Shown here: piece after piece, positions 11,976-25,394 of the stretch
Layout: each line of letters opens with the position of its first letter
Numbering within the stretch: the first letter of the stretch is position 1
Assembly (NCBI GenBank): GCA_012295275.1
Contig: CM022676.1
Coordinates: 14,694,001-14,758,000, forward strand
Direction of reading: 5' to 3'
DNA: 64,000 nt
Source of the DNA: Chrysomallon squamiferum
Taxonomy: Eukaryota > Animalia > Mollusca
Notes under the pieces: model-generated
What the model was told of the DNA's origin: nothing
Databases searched by the model: none
Seen by the model: the letters and a program-made list of their open reading frames with translations, nothing else
Position numbers and translations under genes: made by a program

Positions 11976-13639
11976 CTACAAATAAAAAAAGAGAATTAAA
12001 AATTTAAGAATAATAACAAATTTAGTAATAACATGGAATACCGTAATGGGCAAATGGATTTGTTTCTGAAATAGAAAACTAATTTAAACCATGGATTGAA
12101 TTCTTCATGAAATTATGTTTTTTGGTGTGCTGTCCTGTTTTTGTTTTTTTTGGCTTTGTAACTTTATGATGCAAATGTTATGAAATGTTTTTATATCTGC
12201 AGTTTATTCTTCAGTTTGAATTTCAAGCCACACTCTTAATTATCTATGAACATTAAATAAAGAAAATAAAACAATAATGCTGCTTTAATTATAAAACAAG
12301 AACACAGACATACAAGTTAACTATTTAATTTTTATTTTTTCTTATAAATGTATAAAAAATTAAGTGTAAATTAAAATATTTCAATAAATAAATAAATAAA
12401 AGAAATTCTAATATTTGAATATAGTATATATAGCAAAACTATTTTAATAATTTTTTAAAATCAAGTTTTAAAATTTGTTTTAGTATTTATAGAATCTAAA
12501 TTAATGTATTGCAATAATACTGTGCAGTGGGGCAGAAGAGGATAGAGGAAGATAAGGAATAAAATAATAATTATGACTGAAGAAGAAGGAAACAAGACAA
12601 GGTTTCAAATCAAAGAAATTTAGTAACAGACACAGTGACACAGAAAGATTAAATATAAAACTATTGTAAGACTGACATCTCCTCAGAGGACAAACTGACC
12701 CAGGTTTATGACAACAACACTAATGAGACTGAATAAACCATCAGAAAAACAGAGTCATTCTTGTGCATGTACTACTTCTTTGCTGACATCTACATGTTGG
12801 AAGATCAACTAGGAGTGGCTGTTATTTCTCAACTCACAGATTTCACCAGTAGTAACACCAGTGAAACAAAACTGTTTGACAAGGTTTAGAAAATGAAAAC
12901 AAATCTCATTCTGACTATTATAAAATAGTTCCAAACTGAAAATGAGAAATCAACAACTTATAAATAAAGTAATACAGTGAGTCAGATAAACACTTTTCTA
13001 ATAATTTACACTGACTAATACATACTTGACCTGGGACAGAAACATCAGTGACATTTTGGTATTCTTGCTTTATAAAATACGCCTTTTGCCTGGGATTGTG
13101 CTGAATATAGAATAGTTGATCAACAGAAATTCTTCAGTGTTAATTATATAACTGGAAAGAAGTACTGAAACAAAAGAAATTAACTTCAGTTTGGCATTTT
13201 CTTCTTAAGCTCAATTGTTTTCTAACAGGGCTTCTATTGTCTCTCACAGAAATACATTAATATCTAGAAGATTCCGTGATAGGTATGATTCCATTTTTCT
13301 AATCCTGGGTGATTGAAATGACAAAAAATTATCATAATAATACTAGCATATGAAAATTAACATAGATATAAAATGCAATGTGCTGACTTTGAACTTCTGT
13401 AATCTCCACCAGTTTTTACAGGTAGCACAGAAATACTACTACTTTTGTCAGTTACAAAGAAATGACCTAGACATGCATAACAATGAAAATACTACATAAA
13501 CATAGCAAAAAGTGTCATTTTATAAATTCGATATTACCATATATTTTAACATTTTATTCCACATTGTTTCATTTATCTTTTAATTAGTCTGTATTAAGAT
13601 TTGAAAAATAACAACAACTGCAACAACATCATCAATAAC

Positions 13640-13672
<33 letters not shown>

Positions 13673-14077
13673 GCAGTGTGCTTCTATGTATTCACTTATA
13701 ATGAGATGTTGTCCAGAATAACTAAAGTCTCAGTTTACCTCTAATCACATAAAACACACAGTTTTGTAAGTAGTCACATAAGTAACACTTACTCCATACA
13801 ACCAGTGTCACCAGCTGCACAGAAATAATGAATATGTATCAGCTGTGTTTACTGAGAAAATACCATTTGTAAATGTATTTCTGTGAAGATTAACACAGAT
13901 CATGTTCATTATTATAGATTGTAACATTAACTACTTAAACATACATTTACTAAATTCTGCTCTGGATTATTCAGTATAAATGAAAGTAAAACTCTACAAA
14001 ACAATCTGAAAACTGTTGGACATCATTTTTTTAACTGCTCAGAAATCTTCAGATTTAAGAATTTCTGATACAGGATC

Positions 14078-14260
14078 CTCTAGTTGTATATAAAATAGAA
14101 GTCAGTAACATCCATGTTTTAAATAAATACAATTTGATAAAGAATTGTCTAGTTGTATATAAAATAGAAGTCAATAACATCCATGTTTTAAATAAATACA
14201 AACTGATAAAGAATTGTCTAGTTGTATATAAAATAGAAGTCAATACCATCTCTGTTTTAA
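14078..14260. repeat. 69 bp tandem repeat, ~2.6 copies
   Basis: TCTAGTTGTATATAAAATAGAAGTCA.TAACATCCATGTTTTAAA occurs three times; it explains the 23-aa periodicity of ORF 14055-14264. Confidence 0.9.
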
Positions 14261-14388
14261 ACACACACTGAGGTTATTTGTAAGAAACATATTACTTCTT
14301 GGTTCTCAATAAAATCAAAACTGGAATGAATTTTAAAGTTGAAGTTATAAAATCAAAAATAGTTTAAAACAACTTATTTCAAATTTAC

Positions 14389-15590
14389 CAGGACAAAACT
14401 TTAGCCAATCCATAATCCACACCAGCCCAGTGAACATTCTAGAATGAGCATTGTCTGTCTGTGTACAGCTAAAACCTGCGAGAAAAATAAATCTCAGAGT
14501 AAGGGAAGTAATAATTAAAACATTACAATACTATTTAAAATACAAAACAAAACAAAATTCCATATTTTAAGTTTAAATACCACATTTTAAAAAACATATT
14601 GCACAATATACAAAAATAAATATTGAATTCATATCAATAGTATTAAATGAAATTATTAAATTAATAAACATAAAAATTGAAATTTGTGACACTAATACTG
14701 ATTAAACACTGAATACTAGTAAATGTTAACATTCACATTCTAAATGTGTCAGTTTTAAATATCATTTAATGAAAATCAAATACAAATATGAATATTCAAG
14801 ATTAAGTAATAAATATTAATGTTATGAAAAGGAGTACAGGGCAGGACTTACAGGGTCTGGAGATTCACAAACTGCTGATGTCTGCATCGTCTGTTCACGT
14901 CTCACTCAATTCATCATCATCATCAACATCGGCTCCAGTGTTGACAGCCAGTAACTGTAATTATTCTGTGATGCTGCGCTGCACTCATTGTTGATGTTCT
15001 AGAACATAAAAACATGGTTGTAAATCTTCTCAAACAGCTGACTGCACTACCTGCAGTGTAATGTTTATTTTTTTACTGTTACAACAGTTTTTTCTGTTTG
15101 TTTGTAAAACTTTAACAATCTTCTCATTCAGTTAATTTTTATCCTGAGAAAAACTAAAATTTTAAAAACAGTTTAAAGAAAACTGCATTTTAATTATTTT
15201 TATTTAGTTAGTTTATATTTTCTTCAGTTTTGATATTAGAACATGAAACTAAGACATAAGTTCAATAAATTAAGACAGCTGAAAAAAATATTTCATTCAG
15301 TCTACACAAATCCTGTCCATGTGCTCTGGAGTTGTCCATGACATAAACAAGTGAACAGTTGCCTACATCTTGTATGTTCCTGCAGTTTTCTAAACTACAC
15401 ACCTAGAAACAAGAAATGAGGATCTGGATTAGCAGAAACATCAGGAAACCATGATTTGAATATTTTAGAATAATTAATTAATGTATAAATATATTTAATT
15501 TCTTACAAATATTATAAACCTTTTGACCAGAGGAACATGTTTTCAGCTCTGGGTTTAGTTTCAGGCAAACCTCAGTGGTTTCTTTTCTAA
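14389..15590 (-). pseudogene. COL4A: Decayed type IV collagen 3' fragment (end of Gly-X-Y region plus three NC1-coding exons), copy A
   Basis: Exon ending 15306: AGTYKM*/SLVYVMDNSRAHGQDL. Exon 15050-14852: GSAVSCLRRFTTM/MF*NINNECSAASQNNYSYWLSTLEPMLMMMMN..CESPDP. Exon 14475-14389: VLAVHRQTMLILECSLGWCGLWIG*SFVL. These are consecutive NC1 motifs (GYSLLYV.GN.RAHGQDLG; AGSCLRRF.TMPF.FCNINNVC..ASRNDYSYWLST; VIAVHSQT..IP.CP.GW..LWIGYSF) with GT-AG junctions in compatible phases. Confidence 0.88.
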
Positions 15591-16169
15591 TAAAACAACA
15601 AAGACAAATGAGAAAACTAAAATTATATCTGATCAGTTTTTGAAGCTTAATTTTAAAACAACATTTACAATAATTATTAATAAACCATATATATATGATA
15701 ATGAAGGAGTGCGATTTTCACCAAAAAAAAATCAAAATAATAATAAATTAAAAATTAGAGCTATCTACCTCTGAATGATTATCCAGTTTAAACAGAGGTG
15801 ACATCACATCACCATCAGCAAACACAAATAAAGACGTTTGAGTAAGATTTCCATTTACAGCAACAAATAGTTTCTGAAATACTGAACATAGAAAAACTGA
15901 GTTCTTTAAAAATATAACATATATATAACCTAATGTAGCTAACATATTAATTATACACCTGAAAAAAAAAAAAAAAAAAAAAAATAAACAATAAAAAAAA
16001 CCCAGTTGAACAACTGTATAACTCAGTTATATTTAAAAACTTGCTACATTTGAACTGAAATATGAAAATTATAAATTTAAATTACTTTAAATAGAATCAT
16101 CTCAGCATTATGAACTTCAACACGTAACAGTTAATGTCACAAAATATTAAAACTTATCACAAGATGCAA

Positions 16170-16765
16170 TTAGTCAAATGTTCCGTTTAGGCGACTGGGA
16201 TGTTAAAAAAACAAACTATGGGTTAGTCGCCCAAAACATATTATTTGGTTGACCGATTTTTTCTACAAGTTGTAACATAAGAGCCACTGTTATTATCTTA
16301 ATAATTTTATCGAAAATATTTATTTCACATAAAAGAATTGCTCGTAGTTCCATAAGTTGAACGTATCGGCTTAGCTTAATTTGCCAACTTATGTTTATAA
16401 ACAATAATGCCAAAACCAAGCAGCGAGCACTTACAGCCAGATTAGTTAAACTTATCGGTTTGTTAACGGAACACGTTATCGTAGGAGATAACTCTATAAC
16501 GAAGTATTTGCTATTGTTTTTCTTTTTCCATTTGAACATTAAGTGGCTAAGGTTAAACCAGCGAACAAATCTAGTGAACTTTTAAATCGTTAGGTTAAAG
16601 ATTGATCGGTTGGTTGACGGAAACAAGTAATCATGAGAGATAACTCTATAACCTAGTATTTGCTATTGTTCTTCTGTTATAACTTGTAGAAAAAAGATAT
16701 TTTTTAAGCGACAAACCATAATTTTCTTTCTTAAATTTCGAGCCTTGTACTTAACGACATATTCA
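16170..16765. mobile_element. MITE-like non-autonomous element with imperfect terminal inverted repeats
   Basis: TTTTTTCTACAAGTTGTAACATAAGAGC (~16257-16284) is the near reverse complement of GTTCTTCTGTTATAACTTGTAGAAAAAA (~16668-16695). CTATGGGTTAGTCGC pairs with GCGACAAACCATAA. There is an internal ~80 nt direct repeat (16446/16594). Exact ends and target-site duplication are unresolved. Confidence 0.6.
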
Positions 16766-17473
16766 CACAGTGTGCACAATCGTCAGCTTGAAAGACAGTA
16801 TGCTGGTTACTATATTTATATTCACATAATTTTTCATAATAGTCTACTGTAGTAATGAATCCACAGAAGTTTACTAAAGTACAGAAAACTTAATTCAGAA
16901 TGTGTAATTAACACAGTTCTCGAGTGTGGTGCTCTCTCTAATACGGGGAAATTAACGCATAACCCCGACCTCGGAAATCGATTTTTGATTTTTCTCTCCA
17001 CATCTTAACGGTAATAACTATTATATTTTAGCAATAATCAAAATTTCTTGTAGTTAAATATGATCGTTTTACACAACCACTAACTAAAGGCTCACCGCTG
17101 TGCATTAATTACTTGCTGATAAAGTTTGTTTTGTATAATGCAGTTACGCTTCCGGGTTCGGTTCGGGTGACATGTTTTCTCCAGTAATTCATGACACATG
17201 GCTAACGTTAAAACCTAAAAACATTTTGTATACATGTTTGGCGGTGTTCAGCTATTACTCGTCATATATTGGCTATATTCCGAATTTGAATTTTAAAATT
17301 AATTAATTTTTAAACATAATCCAGATTGATAATTATATATAATGAGCAAAACTGGTCACATGCATTTTTTATATAAGTAAACAAATAAACAAGAACAATT
17401 TAGATGTTTTGGACGGAGTTTGATATAGTGTTGTTTTAACAGGACTAAAGAAATCAGTTTTACTACTGTTAGG

Positions 17474-17508
<35 letters not shown>

Positions 17509-20114
17509 GTCATGATTATTATTATTATTATTATTATTTGTCATTCTTAAATAAATTAATTGTATGTAGAATAATACAATATATTTGGACATAAAAAAAA
17601 ATAACTTTCATCTATACTTAGATAAATTATGTTTGCTTACCTTTTAGATATGAAACTAATAACTGTTATTTGTTTCATTTATGTTTTCTTTTCTTGATAT
17701 GTGTAAAAAATAAAAATGTGTATGTGTGTTTTATTAGTATGTGTGAATAGTCACTTACTTTGGTCTGAAAATGTTAATGAAGCTGTGTAAATCTTAACTT
17801 AGAAAATTATAATTTGATTTAGATATATTTGTTGATGTCTCTAAACTATTATAAACTTGAGCTGAGAAGTAAAAGACTTTGCTGTTTGTTGGAAGTTATT
17901 TTAACACTATTAGCAGAACAGTACTTTATCACACTCTAGTGTTGATTGTTTTCTGATAAGAAGAAACAAAGACTAGTGCAGTTTATGGAATGTGACACAG
18001 ACACTCAGATGACAGGTGTTAATCAAGGAGATGGTAAGTGGACTAAAAATATGAAATGCAGTATATAGCTCAGGTAAAACATTTGAAATTGTTTTCATTT
18101 TATGTGTAGTTTTCTATTAAAGAAATGTTATCAGTGGGATCTTATGAACATACTCTTTTGTGATTTTTATATTTTACAATTTTTATTTTTTATTCACTCA
18201 GATGCAGACAGTTGTATAGCAGCAGCAGGCAGCATCGGTGACATCGGCAGTTTATGTGATACAGTGTCCTGATCAGACAACAACTACATTGCAAGCAGCC
18301 AGTGTCATTCAGTCCCAACCACTTGTACAGCAACAAGCAGCATCAGTGACATTGTTATTGTAACTGACACACCTGATATGTGATTTCTGAAACAAATTAG
18401 GATAAAACAGACAAAGTTTGTTTGTGCTGGATAATGTAAACAGCAAACCAGTGGAGTTTAGAAGAAGGTGAGCTAAAAGATTAATTTTAATTATATAGTT
18501 TTATTTTTAATTTATATGACTCCAGTTTAATAATAAAACTTTCTTGTATTTGTAAGGTTTCTATTTAGTGATAAAACCTTCTTATTTATTAGTCACAGGT
18601 CTGATTTCAATTTTCTTCACAAAAGTTTGTATATAAATACTAAGTTATTGTACTGTTTATAGCTTACTAATAATATCAGAAATATTTAAAAGAAATGACA
18701 GTCTTAAAATTAATTTGTTATTTTATATGTGTAAGATTTTTACTTTTCTCTGGTTTGTTTTAAAATGTAAAAAGTAAAATTTGGCATGACCAGTCTGAGA
18801 TGGTAATTACATCTACATGTTAAAAACAGAACAAATCATTTGATAAAATATGCAAATTTTCTATAAAAAAATCTTAAGTATTCAATTATTATATTCCATA
18901 TTCATATATCGTTTCTGCAATAACAGTGTAACAATCTAAAATGTATATATATATATACAACTAAGTTCAAATGAAACAAAATAATAATAAATAAAATAAC
19001 TAAAAAAAAAACTTTTATAATTTAATATTAAATAATATATGGCAACCAGAATATTTTAAATAAATAAACTGGAAATGTATTGTTTAGTTTACTTATTGAA
19101 ACATTAGTCTTGATTATTACAGTAAAGTTATTAATAACTAGTCAGTAAGAAAAATAAAACCACACATTATCTACATTTAGTACCAAAAATAAACATTTGA
19201 AATACCTGACATTAAAATTTAAATTTTGCAAATAATAATTTTAACTGGGGAATAATAATAAAATAATGAGTAATTCCTCCTCCCCAAAAACAAAAATTAT
19301 CACATTAAATAACAAGTTATCTCCCCTTAGACCAGCTTCATAAATTAGTACATGTAAGTAACATGTAAATACATTTATTTAATAAAAATGACTGCAGTAA
19401 AACATTAGAAATGTAATGACTGGATTAAAATGTTTAGTATTGATAACTATTGTTAATCAGTTAAGAAATTTTAAAAACAAAGTGGAAAAAAAACAATAAT
19501 AATAGAATGATGATTTACAGGTTCCAAACTGTTTTACTATCTTACCTTTGTAGTAATAATAATAATAATAATCTATTTTTGTAAAATATTAATTTAGATA
19601 AATGATGATAAAATTTCTACATATTAATGATATTGTCAAAGATCTTACCACTACAAGGCTGAATGTTTACAATTTGTTTGTAACAAAACAAAAACACATT
19701 TCAGAATTTAACTTTGAAGACTGTTCTTACTCACAGGAAACTGTCGTTTTCAACGATTCAAACTAAACTGGTGCCATCTTGGACATTTTGTAAGCATGTT
19801 TAGTGAAGCGTCAGGTTGTACAAGTGTTCTGAAAATAACCAACTATTTATAACGAGAATCTACATAAACTAAATTATCTCATCTTTATACTGGGACTATG
19901 ACTTCAGAGAAAATCATGATTTTGACTCAGTTTCTCAGCTAACTCACTAAATGATATCCCAGACACCATAATAACGGGGTCAAAATGACCTATGTCATTA
20001 ACATTTAATGTACATATATTTTTAATTATTTAATCTGTCATCTGTGTAAGACTTCAAATAAATGCACAAATAATTGTTTTAGGCGACCCGAATTATTCTG
20101 AAAAAAAAATAATG

Positions 20115-20150
<36 letters not shown>

Positions 20151-20166
20151 TAATAATAACAATAAC

Positions 20167-20212
<46 letters not shown>

Positions 20213-21239
20213 CATAGCATAATCTATTTAAAGTTAAATCAAAATAGAAACACCAACAACCTTAAATGAATTCTAAGATATTCTGAACATGCTTTATCAC
20301 CTGGATAAGAATATTCTTGCAAGATAAATAATGAAACAACTAGACATGAAGAAAACTTAAATATCTGGGCAAAATTATTTGTATCAAATGTAAGTATGTC
20401 ACATCTATTTTGGGTTTAAAAAAAGTTTTATTTTATTTTTCTATTTTATATTTGCAATTATGTAATCATGCATGTTTCTTATAATATTTATATGACAGTA
20501 ATTGAATACTAGGAATGGGCAAGACATATTTGGAACATTTTTAATATTATCAATTTTTTTTATGTATTTGTTTATTTTATTTTATTATTATTTTTTTTTG
20601 TGCTAGTTTATTTTATTTTATTTATTTATATTTTTGTTTGTGCTTATTAATTTTATTTTATTGATTTTTTTTTTTTTTTGTTCATTATTATTATTGTTAT
20701 TTTTCTCGTTGGTGCGTTTTTCTGGGGGTTTTTGTGTTTCTTTTTTTTCAGATAATGTATACTGGTGTATTTTAACACATTCATTTTGTTTTACTTTTTT
20801 TTATTTTGTTTTTGCATTAGTATGTATTAGTTGTGTTATTTATTACACTGTATGTTTTCCGGTGTGTATATTGAATAATAAAGAAAGAAAGAAAGAACGA
20901 AAAATAAAAATAGATAGGTAGTTGGATCGCTTTGACTCAGAATATGTACAAATAAAAGAGTGTCCCACATTTTGTAGTTCGCCATTACATTGCATTTTTC
21001 ACGATCCTAGGTTAACCTTTCTTGTCGCCAGTACTATTAGCACACTATTTTTTTCTGACCTAAATACACTTGTTAGCTATACGTTTTTCACCAGTATACT
21101 GTGTGAGAAATGTATATAAATATTTCACAGACTAAATAAGTTATGACAAATTATATAACTCTTTGTTTCTGTAACAGGTTTAAAATATGCATGTTACATT
21201 ACGCTTCACAAATTATACTTATAAAAAGATGTGCATACA

Positions 21240-21620
21240 TCTACCGTCACACGCATTTCGAGTTGTAGGATATCAGATTTCAGTCACGTGTTTATGAGCA
21301 GACAGGTTTATCAACAGAGACACACAGAAGTTATTTCAGTCACGTGTTGTCAGCTCTAGTAAAACCACTCACAAACAAGGACGTATTTTGTGTAAGCAGA
21401 CAGCCATTTTGAGATTTGAAGGTAGTTTGCATTTCATTGTGATTTAATATATACTGTGCTATTATTTACTTAAAATATATCAGCAATACTGAACATGTAA
21501 TATGTTTTATTTATTTATTTATTTATTTTTAGATTCCTCACATCAGTGATCTATAGAAAAACCTTCAAACAGCAATTATTCCCTTCTACGAAATTCTCGA
21601 CAAGGAAGTTTTTAAAGGTA
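21240..21620 (+). promoter_or_regulatory. Candidate promoter and non-coding 5' exons of BTB copy 2 (paralogue ~46740-47125)
   Basis: Two TTTCAGTCACGTG E-box motifs (~21280, ~21335), a GCCATTTT YY1-like motif and a donor GAAG|GTAGTT at 21422. An exon-like block 21533-21617 is bounded by TTTTAG and AAG|GTAAGC. The ATG exon begins at an acceptor (AG ending 26069), so an upstream exon is required. Confidence 0.45.
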
Positions 21621-22064
21621 AGCAGCCATATTGTAAACAGTGAGTGCGATTGTGGGTTTGTGTTTGAATAACATTACTTATAAAACTCTTTGCAAATATA
21701 TTGTCCAGAAATAATATATTCTTAACCGGGAGGTAAAAGTTTCTTCAAGAAATATAATCATTCCACTCCAAAAAAGCTCAACTCCATAAGCATTAATCTT
21801 AAAGCATGAATAAATAAATTAGTAATAGTAGTAGTTATAATAGTAGCCATAGATGTAATAGTAGAAGTCCCAGTAGTAATTGTAGTAGAAGTAGTAGTAG
21901 ATGTTTTAGTAATAGAAATAGTAGTAGTTGTTGTTTTCTTAAACACATTCCATTATCATCACCATTATCATAACCATCGTTCTAATATAGTCGTATGTAC
22001 TTTTAATTCCTTATTCTATATTTTTTCCTCTCTGTTATTTTATTTTATTTTATGTTATTTTATT

Positions 22065-22107
<43 letters not shown>

Positions 22108-23952
22108 TTTGTTTGTTTGTTAGTTTCTTATTGGTTAAGATATGTATTGTGATGACATTAAGGTAGGGTGATAGTTCAGACGGTATTAGGATAATAATAC
22201 ACTTTGAGATCAAATTATGATGATGTTTATCAGTGGTTCAGATGGATAGATGTAGAGATAGGATTCAGGTAAGTAATATCCCACAGTTTGTATTTAGAGT
22301 TAATTCAGGTTTCGTATTAGTGTTGGTTTAAGATTAAATTTAACGTTAAGATTACTAATTCCTGTAAACAGTTTCATGTAAAAATAGTCTCATGTGTAAA
22401 TAATATCCTGTTTAAAGTCTATCCTGAATAAACACTATCCTGTATGATTCATCAATCTGTGAACGTGAAAAACCCGTTTTTAAACAACATTACAACTAAC
22501 TAAAGACCCTCTTCTGCCAATCTCTTACAACCCTCTTTGTTTCTGCAATGACATATTTTATACACCATTTATGTTCACCCTGTAGCGCTCTCTTTATTTG
22601 TATTGTCAATAAGTATCTTAATACTGAACCAGACTATGTGAAAAATGTTATTATGAATGAAAGTGTCCTAAAGGCTAGTATGAATAATAGAAGTTATAAC
22701 TTCGCTGGTTTTTATAGTTTTCTATATTTTATTTACGATTATTTTTATTATTATTATGATTATTATTATTATTATTATTATTATTTTTTTTATATATATA
22801 TATATATATATAATGATATATTCACTGGTTTATATCGTGATGCTTCTTCATATCTCTTTACAACAGTACACGGTTTCAAGACGTAATTGTTTAAAATAGG
22901 AAATTTGTTAATAATAATAGCATCTAAACCAATTAAAAAGAGAAAAACTAGTATACTGCTTAAAGAGAGCCAATGGTTGATACATGTTACCCTGTTCATC
23001 CAATCGACTATATAAAATACCACTTCCTGCTAATTGGAAAGAAGTAGACTTGATATGGGGACTGCAGATTTACTCTCATTTTATTTCACCAGTCTTTAAA
23101 ACAGCAAGTTTTAAACACACAAATCAGTAAACAAAATGTGTTTACAGTGTCGTGAATTAAAATATTTATTTCACCCTGCCTTCCTTCTTTATTTTCTTTT
23201 TTCTTTTTTTGTCATTTCTTCATTCTTCCCTATCGTTTAATCTAACTTTCGTATTGGTTAGTTATCCGTTCCAACCTCTGCATAAAATGTTATTGCATTT
23301 GCTTTCACCTACAATGGCAAACATAAAAAAACATTATCGCTGTTATAGTTGTAGATGTGACAAGCAACCTGATCATTACAGTTCGAGATTTTTTATTAGA
23401 CACGAAATCTATAATGTAGACCCAGACTTGAAAAGTATGTGGTATGACAACGAAGTTTTACTTTCCACCAAGTTTATTGAACGAGCCTATAAACACGTAA
23501 TAATAATATTAGCTCGCAGAATTGTATTATTTTCTAATTTCGAGTTTGTTCGTTTGTTTTATCTGTCGGTAGTAATTTGCTGGTTATTGTGTTTGTCTTT
23601 ATCGTCATTATTGAGATTATATATCTTCTCACAATTTAAATAATTGCACACGTTTTCTATTTATTTCTACACTTATGCGCAGACACTGTATTAACAATGA
23701 ATTTGTCAGATCGTTGTAAGTAACACCCAGCTATAGCTTTGTTCTCGTGTGATACACTGTTTTTATCTGACCTACATAAGAAACAAATATTCACGTGTTA
23801 GCTGTATCTTGATAGACTGGTGACGTGAGTATCGTCAGAGAAATAAGACATGCACACGATAAAATTAGTATGCTGCTGCTAATGTTGTTGTTGTTTTTAT
23901 TTTGCTTCTTCTTCTTCTTCTTCTTTTTCTTCTCCTTCTTTTTCTTCTTTTT

Positions 23953-23983
<31 letters not shown>

Positions 23984-25353
23984 TTATTATTATTATTATC
24001 GTATATATTATATATGTGTTTGTGTGTGTGTTACATCGGATTTATATGTGTATTATTCCTCCAGAAAAAAATAAACAATACTGATCGTAATATGTAAATA
24101 AATACATTTGTAGCAGTAGTAACAATAATATTAGTGCCACTTGTAATGGTAGCAGTAGGTTTAATAGTGGAAGTGGCAGCTGCAGTAGTTGTAGGAGCAG
24201 CATAGGAGTAGCAGCCGTTGTTGCGAGAGTATTATTATTAGTTGTGTTAAATGAATTCCATTATTATTATTGTTCCTGTTGTTGTTGTTGTCGTTATCAT
24301 CATCAGTATTATCATAATCGTCATCATTCTAATATAGTCCTATGAACTATTTATAGCTTATGCCATATTGTTATCATTCTGAATATTTAATTTTATTTAT
24401 TTATATGCTCATTTTATTAATTTATTAGTTAATCCATTATATTTATTTATTTATTTATTGACATGAGATCTCATTGATCAATGGTAGAATAATTAAACAG
24501 AAAGTACTCGCTTTTAAGAAATTACCGATCATAGTTGGCACCGATATAGTTCTAAACTAATAGTTACAATTGTGTTTCCTCTTTTTCTTTTAAATTTTTT
24601 TGTTGTTGTTGTGGTTGTCGATGTTGTTGTTTTTGCTTTTATATACATTTTATAACATAAATGTAAACAATATTATGTAATAGGACTATCTAAAATTAAT
24701 ATTTCTACTTTGAAATAAAATGTGTGTAAGATGAGTGTACATGTCTCTTACATGATTTATTTTAATCTGACATTCAAACCTAAAAAGTGACACTTGATGA
24801 CGTGTAAGATATTTTGCACTCAATCACGTGTTTATCAGTAGCGGATTCTGATAGCTAAAAGTAAACAAAGCAGAAGTGAAACAAGTCGGCCATACTGAAA
24901 GCGAATGATATATTATATTGTACTATCGTTTAACGATTCGAGTGATCTTAGTTTGATTATTTTTAGGTATATCAGAGTTAGTTCTCTAACAAATAGATCA
25001 TTATAGTGTGATGTGTTCTTTTATGTTAACATGGAAAACGTTACGTAAAGCCTGACTTGAAAATGTATTGTCAGATAGCGAAATTCTATTTACAATACTG
25101 GTGCATGAATCTTACGTATGAAGAATTTAATAATATTATTATCTAATGTTATCTGTATTATTTTTCTATTTCCTTTTTATTTGGTTTATTGGAACTAATT
25201 CGGTTGTTGTTGTTGTTGTGTTTGTATGTAGCGTCCTTATTGAAATTATTTATCTTCTCACAATATAGACAAAGGCACACTGTATTAACAGTGATTTTGT
25301 CACATCGTTCTAAATACCACAAGAGCATAAACATTTTAAACTTATCTTCAGTA

Positions 25354-25394
<41 letters not shown>

